A DNA stretch of 27,397 nt from positions 1 to 27,397 of IMG/VR virus record IMGVR_UViG_3300037847_003589; one strand, written 5' to 3'. The notes under the pieces are model-generated. The model made no database searches. It was not told where the DNA came from and worked only from the letters and a program-made list of their open reading frames with translations. Both the position numbers and the translations under genes were made by a program. Source of the stretch: a virus. Lineage: Duplodnaviria; Caudoviricetes. Of this stretch, positions 24,110 through 27,397 are shown piece after piece. Within the stretch, counting starts at the first letter, position 1. The number at the start of each line of letters is the position of its first letter.

Positions 24110-25024
24110 ATGGCTAACGAAATCCTTATTTCCGATCTTAAAACTAACGGCGGCGCTGTAGAAGAAGTCCTTAGCGGACTTATCCAGGATGCGCTTTTCG
24201 ACGCTACCGATCTCCGATCAGTCTGTAAGCTTATTCCTTACGAGACTATGGGATCTAACGTTATGGCGGTTACTATTGACGAGGCCCCCGGCGCTTTTGC
24301 GTCTACAGGTGAGGCGGCTAGCGTTGCTAACTCCGCTTATACTACCTCGCAATTTACGCTTACCGTAAGCAAGTATGCCCGGGCCTATGAGCTTAGCGAT
24401 CTCGTCGCTATTGGCTCCGCTGCTATCGATCTGGATCGTATGGTGTCGAACCTTTCGCAAGGTGTCGCGCTTACTATGACCGATCTTATCTGTAACACTT
24501 TCTCAGGCTTTAGTAACACTGTAGGAACCTCCGGCGTAAATCTGTCAATTGACGACATTTACTCAGGTTTCTACCAGCTTATCTCAACGCTTAATAGTGG
24601 GCCTTACACCTGCGTTTTGAGTCCTACCCAGTTTAATGATATGCTGGCTAGCCTGCGCTCCGAGTCGGGAGCCGTGCAGTATGTACCGGCAACGGCTGAA
24701 ATGCTTGCTTCTAAGGGGACTTCTTTCCGCGGGACGTGGCAAGGCTGTGATTTTTACGTTTCGGATAGCGTTCCTACAGCGAACGCAGGAGCGGATCATA
24801 ACGGTCTTATGATGGGCGCGGATGCTATCGGCTATACTATGGCCCCCGTCTCTCTGCTTCAGGGACACGTTCCCGCCTCTAATATCTTGGTAGATGCCGG
24901 GGAACTTTTGGTAGAGCTGCACCGTGATAGCTACGGCGGGCAGACTGCCGCAATTGCTACCATGTACCCGGGCGCAGCGGAGATCGATGATAGCCGCGGC
25001 GTAGGTATCGTTACCGACGCGTAA
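24110..25024 (+). CDS. Major capsid protein (HK97 fold, no delta domain)
   Basis: 304 aa; GEAASV...TLTVSKYARAYELSD E-loop/backbone pattern, CVLSPTQFNDML and GTWQGCDFYVSDSVP; follows the scaffold gene. Confidence 0.88.
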   Translation: MANEILISDLKTNGGAVEEVLSGLIQDALFDATDLRSVCKLIPYETMGSNVMAVTIDEAPGAFASTGEAASVANSAYTTSQFTLTVSKYARAYELSDLVAIGSAAIDLDRMVSNLSQGVALTMTDLICNTFSGFSNTVGTSGVNLSIDDIYSGFYQLISTLNSGPYTCVLSPTQFNDMLASLRSESGAVQYVPATAEMLASKGTSFRGTWQGCDFYVSDSVPTANAGADHNGLMMGADAIGYTMAPVSLLQGHVPASNILVDAGELLVELHRDSYGGQTAAIATMYPGAAEIDDSRGVGIVTDA

Positions 25025-25031
25025 ACTAAAT

Positions 25032-25102
25032 GGGGGCCGTCCCTACCTCCCACTGCTTAGCTTAGGACGTGTAGGCTATAGCAGCGGCTAGGGGCGGCCC
25101 TT
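25032..25102 (+). promoter_or_regulatory. Long GC-rich hairpin downstream of the capsid gene (attenuator or stabiliser)
   Basis: 14-bp base stem 25032-25045/25089-25102, upper stems CTGCT/AGCAG and TAGCTTA/TAGGCTA; only a weak U-tract. Confidence 0.55.
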
Positions 25103-25126
25103 CTTATCCTAAGGAGGGAGAAGAAA

Positions 25127-25819
25127 ATGGCAGACACTATAGAACTTAGAGAGCCCACTAGAGAAAGGGCAGTAGCTAAAAAGCGGGAAGGCTTGCCGGT
25201 AGGTAAGAAGCTGCCGCCTAGTTATAAGTTCGTTTACGTTCATTATAATAGCCGCGGCGGTTGGAACTATGATCTAGAAAACGGGTTCCTTCCTAAGCTT
25301 AATAAGCTTATCGCTAAGCCCGGAGTTAACGGCGTACCGCATAACGGCGATCTTACTCCTGTTATTACTAAGGCTATTCAAAACGGCGCTAAGTATATTG
25401 ATCCCGCCGATCCTGCTTTGGGAGAGGACTATCAATACTATGTGCGATCCTATCCTACGCGGACGGGTGGGAAATACTATGTAGACTTCCCGGTAAGGAT
25501 TACGCTCCTCGCTAATGACGACGTGATCTTTAATAAAACAGAAACTAAAGATCCCTGGAATAAGTTTCTAGTCCATCTACGAGACGCGCAGATCGTCGAA
25601 CCTTTGCACCGTGAAGTTTTTGCAGGCATGCTAGAAGCGGAACGCGCTAAGCGCGATCAGCTCTACGGACGGCTAGATCGTAATCCGCACCTTAAAGTAA
25701 AGGTAGAGCAGGCAGAAGCCCGGATCGATAAAATGCAGGAAGATTTTAAAACGTGGCAAGCTAAGCTGGCCGGAGACGTTGCACCTATTGAACTTACCGC
25801 TACAGTCGAGAAGGATTAA
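25127..25819 (+). CDS. Hypothetical protein, head module
   Basis: Strong RBS TAAGGAGGG; 230 aa; no motif recognised. Confidence 0.65.
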   Translation: MADTIELREPTRERAVAKKREGLPVGKKLPPSYKFVYVHYNSRGGWNYDLENGFLPKLNKLIAKPGVNGVPHNGDLTPVITKAIQNGAKYIDPADPALGEDYQYYVRSYPTRTGGKYYVDFPVRITLLANDDVIFNKTETKDPWNKFLVHLRDAQIVEPLHREVFAGMLEAERAKRDQLYGRLDRNPHLKVKVEQAEARIDKMQEDFKTWQAKLAGDVAPIELTATVEKD

Positions 25820-25821
25820 CC

Positions 25822-26046
25822 GTGGATAAATTTAAAATGCAAGCCGCTAGAATCGGCTGTAAAAAAGCACTCGCTTACCTTGCTAACGCTAGCGTCTCCC
25901 GTGATCCGGAGGAGATCGCGGCGGCTGTCAAGCTTGCCCGCGCAGGAGTAGCAGAAGCTAGCGCAGCTCTCGGAGCTGAGAAGAAAAGCGCACCTAAAAA
26001 GGCTACCGCTAAGAAGAAAGCCGCGCCTAAAAAAAAGGCGGACTAA
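25822..26046 (+). CDS. Small protein with a histone-H1-like C-terminal tail
   Basis: AEKKSAPKKATAKKKAAPKKKAD; helical Ala-rich N-terminus. Confidence 0.65.
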   Translation: MDKFKMQAARIGCKKALAYLANASVSRDPEEIAAAVKLARAGVAEASAALGAEKKSAPKKATAKKKAAPKKKAD

Positions 26047-26180
26047 TGGGCGAGAAGCAAGGAACTAGAGAGAAGATTGATAAAATGATCCGGCATTTCG
26101 TAGACCACGGAACTAATCCGCATTACGCGAAACAGAAGGCCCGAGAGGCCGCGATTAAAGACGAGAAACGCAAGCGGTAA
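26046..26180 (+). CDS. Unlisted 44-aa basic protein
   Basis: TAATG overlap; reads MGEKQGTREKIDKMIRHFVDHGTNPHYAKQKAREAAIKDEKRKR. Confidence 0.6.
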   Translation: MGEKQGTREKIDKMIRHFVDHGTNPHYAKQKAREAAIKDEKRKR

Positions 26181-26216
26181 ACGCTAAAAACCTACCCTAA
26201 ATAAGGATTTAAAAAA

Positions 26217-26582
26217 ATGGCTTTCGACGGCTCTAACCCTATTAAAGATATGCGGCAGACTTGGAACCCGGGCGGCTGGGAAAAAGAAACGCTTGCAGGT
26301 AATAAAACGCTTACGCATGCCGACGCGCAGATGCTAGCACTTGACTGCGGCGGATCCGGTAGAGACGTGTTTCTCTCCGCTCCTCGTAATGGCGCTTGGG
26401 TCTGGATCTTTAACCATTCCGACGCCGCCGAAAATCTCAGCGTTAAACAGGCGGACGGCTCCACGCCCCTCGCTACTATTAACCAAAATGAGAGCGGGAT
26501 CTTTTACTGTGATGCCGACGCCGCCGATAATAGCGCTAGCGGTTGGAAGCTTATGGCCCTTCTTACTATTGCTCTCGGTTAA
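26217..26582 (+). CDS. Putative capsid decoration / minor virion protein
   Basis: TAAGGA RBS with A-rich leader; small beta-sandwich pattern (TLT...LD.GGS.RDV.L...G.W.WI.N). Confidence 0.5.
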   Translation: MAFDGSNPIKDMRQTWNPGGWEKETLAGNKTLTHADAQMLALDCGGSGRDVFLSAPRNGAWVWIFNHSDAAENLSVKQADGSTPLATINQNESGIFYCDADAADNSASGWKLMALLTIALG

Positions 26583-26587
26583 CTAAA

Positions 26588-27337
26588 ATGCCTACTATCT
26601 ATTCGGCCCGGTGGGAGGGTCCGTCTATTCTCGAAAAGAACGCGGCTAACGTTATTAAGTTAGACGTAGAGCATAGCGGATCCGCCGCCTCGTTAACTTC
26701 CGGCGTCCTGTACCTTTACGATCAGGGAGGGACGGCGCTAGTAGACGGGGTAGCCGGTACGGTAGGTAGCGGCACTTTTACTAGCGCTACTATTCCCGCT
26801 TCGGTAACGCAGGATAAAACGCTAGGTAAAGGCTACTCGATCCGCGTGGATCTGGTAATCGGTACGGAAACGATCAAGTGCTATAATGACGCGGTTTTAG
26901 CTATTGCAAGGCCGCAGAATCCGGTAGGTCAGACCGATCTAGTTAACAGACATAGCGAGGCCGCTAACCTGTTAGCCGGATCGTCTAACCTGCAAGGCTA
27001 TCTAGACGCAGCTTATAGGGACGTGCTTAACTCGCTCTATCTTGCCGGGGTTCCTTATTGGACCTGGCGAACGCCCTCCGCGCTGCGGCCTGTTATTATT
27101 GCGCGTTCGTTTTCGATCCTGTTCCTTGACTATGCAACGCTTTTGCAGGGGGATGATCGTTACTATGCTCTGAGCCGCCATTATAACGAGATCTACGAAC
27201 GGGAAATGAACGGCCTTAGAAGTATGATCGACGTTAGCGAGACTAATACGCTAGAGCCTGCGGCTACTACAGGATCGGCGGTTATTCTGCTAAGCGGATC
27301 TAGCCGCCGCCGTAGGACCGTTAGAAATGACTCCTAG
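26588..27337 (+). CDS. Putative head-tail adaptor with an extra N-terminal beta domain (start revised to ATG 26588)
   Basis: The C-terminal half is helical like gp15/gp6-type adaptors (DLVNRH...YLDAAYRDV...Y..IYEREM); the revised start avoids overlap with the upstream gene. Confidence 0.6.
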   Translation: MPTIYSARWEGPSILEKNAANVIKLDVEHSGSAASLTSGVLYLYDQGGTALVDGVAGTVGSGTFTSATIPASVTQDKTLGKGYSIRVDLVIGTETIKCYNDAVLAIARPQNPVGQTDLVNRHSEAANLLAGSSNLQGYLDAAYRDVLNSLYLAGVPYWTWRTPSALRPVIIARSFSILFLDYATLLQGDDRYYALSRHYNEIYEREMNGLRSMIDVSETNTLEPAATTGSAVILLSGSSRRRRTVRNDS

Positions 27338-27397
27338 CGCCTGCTTAGCTGCGCTCCGGGCTCGTCTTACTGCGGCGGGCTTAAATGAGGTTAGGAG
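27327..27397 (+). CDS. 5' part of a gene spanning the window junction (MTPSACLAALRARLTAAGLNEVR...); putative tail terminator / head-tail completion protein
   Basis: ATG at 27327 overlaps the end of the upstream gene. 71 nt = 23 codons plus AG, which joins C1 to make AGC and continues without a stop into the frame of ORF 116..370. Confidence 0.7.
   Translation, partial: MTPSACLAALRARLTAAGLNEVR

Noticed and set aside
1335-26586. Other overlapping or antisense ORFs in the track (e.g. 1335, 6102, 6996, 7451, 10466, 10818, 12384, 13422, 13628, 14983, 16352, 18935, 20327, 21270, 21439, 23123, 24218, 24584, 26192, 26341)
   Set aside because: They overlap better-supported genes and lack RBSs or recognisable motifs.
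1-27397. Stop-codon reassignment suggested by abundant TAG trinucleotides and rare TGA stops
   Set aside because: Genes are full length and tile the genome under the standard code; TAG ends several genes at sensible boundaries; no suppressor tRNA is seen.

Overview
The window looks like a complete, circularly permuted 27,397-bp tailed-phage genome of the long non-contractile-tail type. An ORF starting at 27327 runs off the right end and continues in frame into positions 1-370. Rightward structural genes: TerS, TerL, portal, scaffold, major capsid protein, head-completion genes, two tandem HK97-gp10-like genes, tail tube, tail chaperone, tape measure, a large propeller-bearing distal-tail-like protein, hub and putative receptor-binding genes. 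These are followed by a multi-gene lysis cassette with a Cys/His endolysin candidate, ssb and a phage Dam-family methyltransferase. A short leftward operon (CCHC zinc-knuckle protein, ERF annealase, Gp157-like protein) is driven by a clear sigma70-type promoter and diverges from RusA and a lambda-O-like initiator with internal iterons. I see no integrase, repressor, polymerase, helicase, tRNA or CRISPR. The most unusual signals are: (1) strong CpA/TpG depletion with TpA, CTAG and GATC excess; (2) a probable +1 rather than -1 tail-chaperone frameshift at UUU_CGC; (3) several structured intergenic RNA candidates, including a three-way junction with an anti-Shine-Dalgarno loop before ssb and a compact pseudoknot before the capsid gene; (4) several tiny basic or histone-H1-like proteins among the packaging genes. 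All protein calls come from motifs recognised by eye and from gene order; no database search was run.
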